Notes under the pieces: generated by a model | Databases searched by the model: none | Told to the model about the DNA's origin: nothing | Seen by the model: the letters and a program-made list of their open reading frames with translations, nothing else | Position numbers and translations under genes: made by a program | Source: Candidatus Kuenenia stuttgartensis | GTDB taxonomy: Bacteria; Planctomycetota; Brocadiia; Brocadiales; Brocadiaceae | Assembly: GCF_900232105.1 (NCBI RefSeq) | Contig: NZ_LT934425.1 | Location: 3,810,001 to 3,842,000 of the forward strand | DNA: 32,000 nt | Reading direction: 5' to 3' | Shown: piece by piece, positions 16,918 to 24,977 of the stretch | Layout: each line of letters opens with the position of its first letter | How positions within the stretch are numbered: the stretch's first letter is position 1

Positions 16918-17186
16918 CGCCTCCCGAACAGTACGATTGGTATGCTCCTGGAGTTGGCTTCATCAGACAAATCATTAAAGAAACGCGAGAAATGATAATA
17001 AACAAGTCAGGGTATCTCCGTGGAGGCTCTGAAGAAATAACTGTGCAATTGGAATCATTCAAAAAATGATGCGAAGCCAAGAGACCGTCAGGATAGAGGA
17101 AGGAATTGGTATATTGGTTTTAATTTCTCAACCTTATATAAATTTTATCAAGGTAATTTTAGTATAAAGATATACAGGCGATCACC

Positions 17187-18007
17187 ATGATTACAAAACA
17201 AGACTATATTTTATATTTGTTGATCTTGCTTGTCCTTTTTGAAGGTTGTGCAAAAAGATATCCTCTTGGCACGAAAGAAGAACAATGGCAAGCCTTGAGC
17301 CCACAACAGCAGGCGGAACATACTACAAAGCAATAGGGTGCATTCCCGATTTTTTGTGACTTCCGCCATGTTTTAATAAAACGTACAGTAGTGTTAACCC
17401 TGACAGGGTTTCAAACCCTGTCAGGGTTGTTTTGCCCCGACTCCATGAACGCTTACAAAAAATCGGGAATGCTCCCAAGCAATATCAGATAGACGAAGAA
17501 AGAAGAAAAAGGCAGGAAGAATACCGGCAGCAAAAAGAAAGAGAAGATGCAGAGGCGATAAGATTAGAAAAGGAACGCATTTTACAGCTTTATAGGAATG
17601 CGCGTTACGGCGATATTATTCAGGTGAACATATCTGGAGGCAGCATTGCCTTTATCGGAGAAAGAAAAGGTTACGAACCTTTGTCCTTCGATCTGGTGAG
17701 AGGCGAGAGGAAAAGGATTCCATTCTATCACCACGATAAACAAATAACCTATCAAACAGACATCTGGGTAGCGTATGACAACAACGCCTTTTATTTTGAT
17801 GTTGGAGATGACCAGAAATATGAACAGAGTACAGATAAGATAGTTATTTTAGATAATGGACGCTGGGATGAAGGGAAGACATATCGCCCAAAAACACTCG
17901 ATAAGAGCACCTATAGTCAGGCGCATGGCATAAAGGTTTTTATACGGTATAAACTATTGCCCGGTATGCAACGAAAAGGGGCGTATCATTATTACCCGCC
18001 TCAATGA
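17187..18007 (+). pseudogene. Small lipoprotein/signal-anchored protein gene split by a 141-bp MITE
   Basis: The 5' ORF 17187-17336 encodes MITKQDYILYLLILLVLFEGCAKRY...AEHTTKQ*, with the TAG formed at the junction. The 3' ORF is the track 17432-18007. Removing the element plus one TSD copy (149 bp) restores the frame: ...TTKQ-YQIDEERRKRQEE... Confidence 0.7.
17336..17476. mobile_element. 141-bp MITE (22-bp TIR GGGWGCATTCCCGATTTTTTGT, 8-bp TSD AAGCAATA)
   Basis: TIRs lie at 17336-17357 and 17455-17476 (21/22 match). AAGCAATA is duplicated at 17328-17335 and 17477-17484. The core has a perfect hairpin, aaccctgacagggtttcaaaccctgtcagggtt. Confidence 0.8.
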
Positions 18008-18234
18008 AGTGAGTTAATTTCTAAATTATCTTATAACTGTTGTACGGTATTTGTGCTAAATTTGCGCTAAAATCAATCCAAAAGGATAGAATTAATTGAA
18101 ATGAATAGAATTGATATAACTCCAACAATCCCTGAATTTTCAAGGTAAAACAGGAAACCAGCCCAATATCAAGGACTTAAGAATTTTCAATATTTCACAT
18201 TTGTAACCTGAACCCATGAGTTTATACGGATAAT

Positions 18235-18282
18235 GAGTCCATGTACTGCTGTTAAATTCCAATGCCCAAATCACAAAATCCC
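18235..18282 (+). repeat. ~47-nt intergenic motif, copy A (core AAATTCCAATGCCCAAATYACAAAATCC)
   Basis: It matches the reverse complement of 21493-21539. The core matches at 27 of 28 positions and the 5' extension is about 70% identical. Confidence 0.6.
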
Positions 18283-18430
18283 TGCTCGGAATTTATTTGT
18301 CATTTGTTCTGCCAATAGAAGGCTGGATTAAAAGTATGAAACGTTTGGTTCAGGGTTATGATAGTAAGGAAAAACAGCAATACTTCTATTGGTTGATAGA
18401 AAAGGGAATCATTGTTTCCTTAACAAGCGA

Positions 18431-19525
18431 TTATTTCTTCATGTGTTTTTTCAATTCGTTTACGTATTGCGGCAACTGTCTGTACAAATGCTTTTTCTTG
18501 CGTGCTTTTGCCTTTGATAATGCATAAGAGGCAAGTATTGGCGTTGCAATTGTTGCGTCACAATAGACAACTACGTGGTTCTTTATCTCTTCTATCCGCA
18601 TTTTGCCCCACGAAATAGCTTCACTAGGCGTTGCCCCGGAAAGCCCTCCCCATTGAGGCGCATCGGTGGTAATCTGAATAAAGTAGTCGTGCCCCCCCTT
18701 ATTTATATCGAGTATTTGAGCAAGGGTCGGCTGGGTTTGCATATAGAAGTTTTTTGGCGAGCCGCCTCCAATGCTTACTACACCATTTAATGTGCTGTTA
18801 AATACTATAGCAGTGGATTGAATAACATCAATATCGGTATCGATTACAAGGTTGTTTCCTTGTAATTTCAGATACGACAAATTCATGCCGATGGATGAAT
18901 CTCCGGGCGATGAAACGAAGACAGGTACATTATACTTTGCTGCCTGCGCGACAAAACTCAATTGCGGTGACGACGTTTCGGAGAGAACCGCCTTCCCTAG
19001 CAGATAATGAAAATCAGCAGTAGAAATAGGTTCAGTATTTGAAATCCCCTTTGTTACGTCCTGGATAAATTTGTCGGTCTTCAGGAGCAGTTCATCGGTG
19101 ATAAAAATATCATAAATTCGTTCAATACCAGCATGATATAATTCGGTATCATCCACCCGGAAATCTCCCTGATGAATGGGCAAGTTTAAGGCAAAGTGGA
19201 GATCGTGGTAGAGATTGGCGCCGGTAGAGATAATAAAATCAACAAATCCTTTTTCCATAAGGCTTATGAGAGTTCCGCCCATGCCAGTGGGGGTCATTGC
19301 GCCGGAGAGCGTTACGCCGACGGTAACATCTTTGCTAAGCATATGGCAGTAAAGCTTGCAGGCCTCTGCGAGTCTTCCTCCATTAAATGCCCCCGAATGG
19401 CTAAATACGTCAACGAGATCACTAACGCTCATCCCCTTCTTCAAAAATTGCGGAAGTATTTGCGGTTTGCATAAATATTTTCTTTGTAATTGACACTGGT
19501 TCGTTCGTTTTGTTTTATCAGGCAT
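18431..19525 (-). CDS. Deoxyhypusine synthase family protein (DHS-like / homospermidine-synthase-like)
   Basis: 364 aa. Family motifs recalled: FNGGRLAEA, ISTGANLYHD, GGGSPKNF, TTDAPQWGGLSGATPSEAISWGK. Confidence 0.8.
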   Translation of the reverse strand: MPDKTKRTNQCQLQRKYLCKPQILPQFLKKGMSVSDLVDVFSHSGAFNGGRLAEACKLYCHMLSKDVTVGVTLSGAMTPTGMGGTLISLMEKGFVDFIISTGANLYHDLHFALNLPIHQGDFRVDDTELYHAGIERIYDIFITDELLLKTDKFIQDVTKGISNTEPISTADFHYLLGKAVLSETSSPQLSFVAQAAKYNVPVFVSSPGDSSIGMNLSYLKLQGNNLVIDTDIDVIQSTAIVFNSTLNGVVSIGGGSPKNFYMQTQPTLAQILDINKGGHDYFIQITTDAPQWGGLSGATPSEAISWGKMRIEEIKNHVVVYCDATIATPILASYALSKAKARKKKHLYRQLPQYVNELKKHMKK

Positions 19526-19730
19526 CGTTGAAGACTCTTTATTTTTGTTAAGGTTTCTTATGAAAAATATTTACAATAAACTATCGTACCTAATCCGTAA
19601 CAATATAGTTTTTTGAAAAAGTAGGGGCGTAAGCGCGATAAAATATATATCACAGTGCCAGTTGAGTCAATTGAATAATAAAAAATGTGGTAACTCTTTG
19701 GTTTTTTGAAAAAGGCTTCATCTTTTATGA

Positions 19731-20786
19731 TTACAACAACGGGAGAGAGCACAGGATTTCTTTTTGTATATTTTCGGTAGTAATAGATTCCAGACAGATT
19801 TTCGGAAAACAGGTTTTTCTTACTTCATCAGAACAAGGGCTGCATGATGTTGGGCGGTAACATATGTTAACTGATTTTCCGCGAGGACCCCATACGGCAG
19901 GATCGGTAGGGCCAAATATTGACAGCGTAGAAATTCCCATTGCTGCGGCCAGGTGGGTAATGCCGGAATCATTGCCAATAAAGAGGTCGCACTGTTGTAA
20001 TATTGCGGCGAGTTTTGGCAGTGGTTGATTATCGATTACGCAGATATTTTTTTTGGGTAAATTACCGGCATTTTTGGTGACCACGGTATCTGCCGGCCCC
20101 TTTATAATAAAAATTTGTGCGTTAAGACGCTCTATTAACCAATGAATTATTGAAGAGTAGTTTATGAAGGGCCATGATTTATGGATACTGCCGCTTCCGG
20201 GATGGATTGCTATTGTTTTTTGTCCGGCATTGGGGGCGTTATCTCGAAAAAAATCCTTTCCGGCTTTCAGGTCTTCCTCATTCAGGTAGATAATTGGCGA
20301 AGTGTTTGAATATGGTATTTCCAGTAATTTCAGGAAATTCAGAAAATGATTACTGATATGAACTGGTTCTGAATTATTGGGGAAAGGATTATAGCAAAGA
20401 ACCTTTCGTGCCCCGGATTTTTTAAGATTTTCGGAGAAAATGGTATCCTTGTCAGAAACAAACGCAATGATTAAATCAAATTTAGAAAATCTTTTTGTTA
20501 ACGTATCAGGGAGTAACGCGTTTTTTCTGAATAATGATGAAACATCTGACTGATCAAATCTGCTCAAGGCATTGGCATAGAAACGGCCATGAACGATTTC
20601 CAGATATGAGGGATAGCCCATAATTTCAATGTATGCGTTTGGAAAGTATTCTCGCAAAGCATGCAGGGCGGGTAAGGTAATAATAAGATCGCCGATAGCG
20701 CAAGGGCGTAGGATGAGTATGTGTTTTTCTGGCGGCAATTTCTTTGCAATTTTTGACAAAATATTAAACGATGAAATACGAAACAC
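19731..20786 (-). CDS. Glycosyltransferase family 9 (heptosyltransferase-like)
   Basis: ILILRPCAIGDLIITLPALHALRE and GNDSGITHLAAAMGISTLSIFGPTDPAVWGP are typical GT9 motifs. The start is uncertain: GTG 20786 lies inside a palindromic repeat, and TTG 20738 (MPPEKHILILRP...) fits family N-termini better. Confidence 0.8.
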   Translation of the reverse strand: MFRISSFNILSKIAKKLPPEKHILILRPCAIGDLIITLPALHALREYFPNAYIEIMGYPSYLEIVHGRFYANALSRFDQSDVSSLFRKNALLPDTLTKRFSKFDLIIAFVSDKDTIFSENLKKSGARKVLCYNPFPNNSEPVHISNHFLNFLKLLEIPYSNTSPIIYLNEEDLKAGKDFFRDNAPNAGQKTIAIHPGSGSIHKSWPFINYSSIIHWLIERLNAQIFIIKGPADTVVTKNAGNLPKKNICVIDNQPLPKLAAILQQCDLFIGNDSGITHLAAAMGISTLSIFGPTDPAVWGPRGKSVNICYRPTSCSPCSDEVRKTCFPKICLESITTENIQKEILCSLPLL

Positions 20787-20851
20787 TCAATTTAATCCTC
20801 CCCCTTTTGGGGGTAAGGGGGAGGATTTTTGGGGTTTGTTTCGTGTTTCGT
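20778..20851. repeat. Nested palindromic element
   Basis: The outer arms are ACGAAACAC (20778-20786) and GTGTTTCGT (20843-20851). The inner arms are AATCCTCCCCC (20794-20804) and GGGGGAGGATT (20817-20827), with the CCCCCTTTTGGGGG mini-hairpin between the inner arms. Confidence 0.65.
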
Positions 20852-20937
20852 TCGTACTTCGAATTTCGTTTTTTTTATTTCGTGCTTGTTTGGTTCTGGC
20901 TATGCCAGCTTAAGAAACAAAGTGAAACAATTTTAAT

Positions 20938-21273
20938 TTATTCAGAGTCACATCCCTTCTCTTCCCTCTTCTTCTTTATCATTTCAGAAACCTTTTCTAC
21001 AAACTTGGGGTCTCCATCTTTTTCTGCTCGTTTTCTGGCTTCTTCTTTGATTTTTTTCACATCGAGGATGTCACCCATGCACTCTTCGGCAGAACTGCAC
21101 CACTCAACACAGGTGGGCACCTTGTCTTTAAATATGGTAGTTCCGCATTTCGGGCAATCTGCCTTTTCCTCGTCACTCCACATTTCAACATCACAGCCGC
21201 AATTATCACATTTCCGGTCGATTGGTGTAGGGGTAGCGTTTCTTATACTACCGGGGCATTTAACTTTAGCCAT
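20938..21273 (-). CDS. Cys-rich zinc-ribbon protein of unknown function with Lys/Glu-rich tail
   Basis: The start is moved to ATG 21273 (MAKVKCPGS...) because AAGGAG lies 7 nt upstream. The track start 21327 has no RBS. Cys pattern: CPG...CDNCGC...CPKCG...CVEWCSSAEEC. Confidence 0.7.
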   Translation of the reverse strand: MAKVKCPGSIRNATPTPIDRKCDNCGCDVEMWSDEEKADCPKCGTTIFKDKVPTCVEWCSSAEECMGDILDVKKIKEEARKRAEKDGDPKFVEKVSEMIKKKREEKGCDSE

Positions 21274-21492
21274 TCCGTTTCTCCTTATATTAAGGGGTAA
21301 TGCTTTTTCTTTATTAAGCACCTTCATTATGTATCTTTATCTAAAATAAAATCCTATGTGAATTTGCTTCGCAGGTCAAGAATTTTCTCAATCGCAAGCC
21401 GATAAAGATCAGAGATGAGGTGCATTCCCATATTCTAACAAAAGAATAACAGAAAATTTCATAGAGCGGTAAAGCCGCAATCAAAATGTTAC

Positions 21493-21539
21493 GGATTTTG
21501 TAATTTGGGCATTGGAATTTTACCGCATTACTTGACCTC
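21493..21539 (-). repeat. ~47-nt intergenic motif, copy B
   Basis: The reverse complement reads gaggtcaagtaatgcggtaaaattccaatgcccaaattacaaaatcc, to be compared with 18235-18282. Confidence 0.6.
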
Positions 21540-21610
21540 AAAATAATCTTGACATTAAATATATCAATATGTTAGCTTTTTGTGGTTCATAAACATAGGT
21601 GGGGAGAAAT

Positions 21611-21643
21611 ATGTATTTTTACTATAACATAAGGTGCTCTTAG
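21611..21643 (+). promoter_or_regulatory. Candidate leader peptide ORF MYFYYNIRCS (4 of the first 5 codons are Tyr/Phe after Met)
   Basis: The ORF is ATG 21611 tat ttt tac tat aac ata agg tgc tct TAG (stop at 21641-21643). GGGGAG lies 5 nt upstream. It sits 33 nt upstream of a perfect terminator and 100 nt upstream of the DAHP synthase start. Confidence 0.5.
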
Positions 21644-21675
21644 GGTTTAGTATTGTATAAAAAGATTAATTTGTT

Positions 21676-21709
21676 ACCCTAAAACTAACGGTTTTAGGGT
21701 TTTTTTTTT
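21676..21709 (+). terminator. Intrinsic terminator in the DAHP synthase leader
   Basis: ACCCTAAAAC (21676-21685), a loop TAACG, and GTTTTAGGGT (21691-21700) form a perfect 10-bp stem, followed by nine more T (21701-21709). No + strand gene lies upstream that it could terminate. The A-rich side on the minus strand is not followed by a U-tract. Confidence 0.75.
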
Positions 21710-21742
21710 GCCTATAGAATTATATGGTTGGGGGTATAGCCA

Positions 21743-22759
21743 ATGATTATTGTGATGAAGGCTGAGTCGACAAAAGAAGATGTTGCTCATGTCCTTAAAG
21801 AAATTGAGAAGACCGGCTTAAAAGGCGTTCTTTTGCAGGGAACAAACAGGAATGTGATTGCGGTAATTGGTGATGAACGCATTTTGCCGCAGGATTTTTG
21901 GGATGTATTGCCAGGGGTGGAAAAGAGCGTTCCTATATTAGCGCCTTATAAGCTGGCAAGCAGGGAAGGGAAGGATTTTAATACGATAATACATCTGCCA
22001 AATGGCAAAACTATCGGGGGGGAAAAGATTGCGGTAATAGCAGGTCCGTGTGCGATAGAGAGCAAGGAGCAGATCGTTGAGATTGCAAAGAGAGTGAAAG
22101 ATGCAGGCGCTACCGCAATACGGGGAGGTGCTTTTAAACCCAGAAGCAATCCGTACACGTTCCAGGGCCTTATGGAGGAGGGCTTGATACACATGGCCCA
22201 TGCCCGTGATGTTACGGGGTTGCCAATAGTTACAGAAATTCTGACCCCTGAGCATGTTAAATTAGTGAGCAAATATAGTGACATATTGCAAGTCGGAACC
22301 CGCAATATGCAAAATTTCCTGCTTTTGCGGGCAGTAGGTGAGTCCGGAAAGCCGGTAATCTTAAAACGAGGTATGTCGGCGACTCATGATGAATTTCTGC
22401 TTGCAGCGGAATATATATTATCACAAAATAATCCTAACGTGATTTTGTGTGAAAGGGGGATTAGAACATTTGAGACGTTTACGCGCTTCACCTTGTCGTT
22501 GAGCATTGTGCCGGTACTGAAAGAAATGACACATTTACCTGTTATTGTTGATCCCAGCCATGGTACTGGAAAACGCTCTCTTGTGAACCCCATGTCGAAG
22601 GGGGCCATTGCGGTTGGCGCAGATGGTTTAATTATAGAAACACACCCGGACCCTGAAAAATCGTTTGTGGACGGACCTCAAACAATTGATCTTGATGCTT
22701 TTGCGCAACTGATGGAGGAATTGAAACCTGTTGCCAGGGCAGTAGGAAGAGAGATATAA
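21743..22759 (+). CDS. aroF: 3-deoxy-7-phosphoheptulonate (DAHP) synthase, type I-beta with N-terminal ferredoxin-like regulatory domain
   Basis: 338 aa. MIIVMKAESTKEDVAHVLKEIE..., IAGPCAIES, IRGGAFKPRSNPYTFQGL, LKRG and VDPSHGTGKR align along the full length with the recalled Thermotoga-type DAHPS. Confidence 0.9.
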   Translation: MIIVMKAESTKEDVAHVLKEIEKTGLKGVLLQGTNRNVIAVIGDERILPQDFWDVLPGVEKSVPILAPYKLASREGKDFNTIIHLPNGKTIGGEKIAVIAGPCAIESKEQIVEIAKRVKDAGATAIRGGAFKPRSNPYTFQGLMEEGLIHMAHARDVTGLPIVTEILTPEHVKLVSKYSDILQVGTRNMQNFLLLRAVGESGKPVILKRGMSATHDEFLLAAEYILSQNNPNVILCERGIRTFETFTRFTLSLSIVPVLKEMTHLPVIVDPSHGTGKRSLVNPMSKGAIAVGADGLIIETHPDPEKSFVDGPQTIDLDAFAQLMEELKPVARAVGREI

Positions 22760-22817
22760 AGTAATAGTCAGACCTTGTTGTTATTTATTATCCATTTTTT
22801 TTAAAAGGAACCTTAGT

Positions 22818-23072
22818 ATGGAATATATTGAAAAAGTAATAGAACAACTCTCAAATGAAACATTGCACAGTTTGAAAGAAATGCACAAAGTGAAAGATAG
22901 CAATGAACGAAAAACTCAAGCCGAGATAGTTCATCTGCTCTGCCAATCGATGAGTTCGCTCATATCCAGCACGGCATCAATGATGTCCGAAGTTCATGAT
23001 TTCAATGATGAAGACGAAGATTTTGAGGATGAAGATGAAGATTTTGAAGATGAGGATGAAGATAAGTTTTAA
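22818..23072 (+). CDS. Small hypothetical protein with extremely acidic repeat tail (DEDEDFEDEDEDFEDEDEDKF)
   Basis: AAGGAA RBS and an 84-aa ORF. There is no recognisable family. The tail is encoded by tandem gaagatgaagattttga units. Confidence 0.5.
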   Translation: MEYIEKVIEQLSNETLHSLKEMHKVKDSNERKTQAEIVHLLCQSMSSLISSTASMMSEVHDFNDEDEDFEDEDEDFEDEDEDKF

Positions 23073-23169
23073 TCGTACTACGTATGCAAATGCAGTGTAA
23101 GAGATTAAAGACATCATAATCACAGTAAGTCTGTGATATTTTACATGGCGGGGGATTACCAGATTTCTT

Positions 23170-23670
23170 ATGCGCAGACGAGATAAAGAGATTACGGATC
23201 GAAAAGAAATTGATGAAATATTGACAAAGGTAAAAACAGGCAGACTAGGTACATGTTGCCGGGAAATCCCTTATATCACACCGATGAATTTTACTTATGA
23301 CAGTGAAGCGCTGAAAATATTTCTTCACTGTGCAAACGAAGGGAAAAAACTGGAGAATATCCGTATTAACCGGAATGTTTGCTTTGAAGTTGATGATGTA
23401 GCAGAGATCATTGTGAAACAACCAACGTGTGCTTCTTCTGTTGCGTATCGCTCAGTAGTTTTATTTGGCACAATAAAGGAAGTAACTGACCATGAAGAAA
23501 AGAATTATGCCTTACAGAAACTTGCTGAAAAATACGCCCCACAGAATCCTAAAACCCCATTCACTGACGCAGCGCTGAGCAGGACCAATGTACTCGAAAT
23601 ACAGATCAATGAAATGACTGCGAAGAGAAGTCCTGCCAGACCCGCGCATGCCGATCCTGCAAAAAAGTAA
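23170..23670 (+). CDS. Pyridoxamine 5'-phosphate oxidase family (PNPOx-like, Pyridox_ox_2-type) flavoprotein
   Basis: MRRRDKEITDRKEIDEIL....GRLG... is the N-terminus typical of this family. The size (166 aa) fits. Confidence 0.7.
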   Translation: MRRRDKEITDRKEIDEILTKVKTGRLGTCCREIPYITPMNFTYDSEALKIFLHCANEGKKLENIRINRNVCFEVDDVAEIIVKQPTCASSVAYRSVVLFGTIKEVTDHEEKNYALQKLAEKYAPQNPKTPFTDAALSRTNVLEIQINEMTAKRSPARPAHADPAKK

Positions 23671-23697
23671 ATAATTTAATATTGAGGAAAGATTATT

Positions 23698-24885
23698 ATG
23701 GAGATTATTGTTTCAAAAAGATTACAGTCTATTGGCGCTTATGCGTTTGCAGAGGTAGATAAGGAAGTTGAAAAGTTGAGAGCAATGGGAGTTACCCCGA
23801 TTGATTTTGGAGTAGGAGACCCGACCGTTCCCACTCCTGAGATCATTCGCAAGGCGACGCAGGAGGGGATCACGAAGCGTAAGTCGTCAGGATACCCAAG
23901 CTATATTGGTACCGCCGAGTTTAGGCAAACAATCGCACAATGGACAAAGAAAAGATTCGGAGTCACGTTAGACCCTTCCACAGAGATTTCTTCCACAATT
24001 GGATCAAAAGAGGGGATTTTTAACTTTCATGAAGGGTTCATTGATCCCGGCGACTATGTAATAATTCCTACTCCCGGATATCCCCCATACACACGAGGAA
24101 CATTGTTTGCCGAGGGTACGCCCTATTATGTGCCGCTTCTGAAAGAAAATAATTTTCTTATGGACTTGAAATCGATCCCGGAAGAGGTATGCAAAAGGGC
24201 GAAGATTTTATGGCTTAATTACCCGAACAGCCCGACAGGGGCCGTTGCGCCGTTGTCTTATTTAAAAGAAGCAGTGGAATTTGGCAAAAGGCATAACATT
24301 ATTGTTGCATCGGATGAGGCATACAGTGAGATATATTTTAATGAACCGCCGCACAGTATTCTTGAAGTGGCAAAAGAGGGGGTCATTGTTTTTAATTCGT
24401 TGTCTAAGAGAAGCGCAATGACGTGTTACCGCATCGGCTGGGTTGCAGGAGACAAAAAGATTGTTGATGTTTTTAAAAAGGTGAAAACGAATATTGATTC
24501 AGGGACGCCCACCTTTATACAGGATGGCGCAATCGCTGCATTGAGTGACGAAACACACGTCGGGGAAATGCGGGCTGATTATAAACTGAAGAGAGACCTG
24601 CTCGTTACCGCATTCAAAAAAATCAATCTTCCCGATTGCACCCCTGAGGCTACCATCTATTTATGGCAGAAAGTGCCTCAGGGAATGAGTTCGGTGGAAT
24701 TTGCTAAAAAGCTTCTTTCTCCAGACATCGCCATAGTAACTACGCCGGGAGGATGGATCAGTGATAAAACAGAAAGCGGTATAAATCCAGGTGAGGGATA
24801 TGTCCGATTCGCGTTGGTTCCCGGTATCGAAGATACAAAAAAGGCTGCAAAGCGGATAGAGGAACAACTATCAAAAATTATATGA
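23698..24885 (+). CDS. dapL: Class I aminotransferase, LL-diaminopimelate aminotransferase (DapL)-like
   Basis: AYAFAEVDK...IDFGVGDPTVPTP, IGSKEGI, LNYPNSPTGA, DEAYSEIYF and SLSKRSAMTCYRIGW (PLP-Lys) match the recalled DapL pattern. Substrate specificity is inferred. Confidence 0.7.
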   Translation: MEIIVSKRLQSIGAYAFAEVDKEVEKLRAMGVTPIDFGVGDPTVPTPEIIRKATQEGITKRKSSGYPSYIGTAEFRQTIAQWTKKRFGVTLDPSTEISSTIGSKEGIFNFHEGFIDPGDYVIIPTPGYPPYTRGTLFAEGTPYYVPLLKENNFLMDLKSIPEEVCKRAKILWLNYPNSPTGAVAPLSYLKEAVEFGKRHNIIVASDEAYSEIYFNEPPHSILEVAKEGVIVFNSLSKRSAMTCYRIGWVAGDKKIVDVFKKVKTNIDSGTPTFIQDGAIAALSDETHVGEMRADYKLKRDLLVTAFKKINLPDCTPEATIYLWQKVPQGMSSVEFAKKLLSPDIAIVTTPGGWISDKTESGINPGEGYVRFALVPGIEDTKKAAKRIEEQLSKII

Positions 24886-24977
24886 TGATAGGGAAATTAG
24901 TGACACAATGCCTGGCGGGTTCAGGTTTGCAATCTGAATACATAGTTTAATGTTGTTTGAGATATATCCGGAAAATT

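Noticed and set aside
16827-17069. + strand ORF 16827-17069 as a gene
   Set aside because: Its first third is antisense RayT-remnant and inverted-repeat sequence, with no RBS. Only the part after 16918 (PPEQYDWYAPGVGFIRQI...) might be the tail of a disrupted gene, and that cannot be supported from this sequence alone.
18297-18527. ORF 18297-18527 (+), with 18575-18790 (+) and 19196-19474 (+)
   Set aside because: They overlap or lie antisense to the DHS-like gene. The products are low-complexity and no start signals are present.
20771-21349. 192-aa + strand ORF 20771-21349, with 20564-20749 (-) and 20629-20913 (+)
   Set aside because: The 192-aa ORF is antisense to the Cys-rich gene and runs through palindromic repeat DNA. 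The product is a hydrophobic, low-complexity artefact.
21341-21541. ORF 21341-21541 (-)
   Set aside because: It lies in the divergent promoter region and is largely made of the 47-nt repeat motif. It has no RBS.
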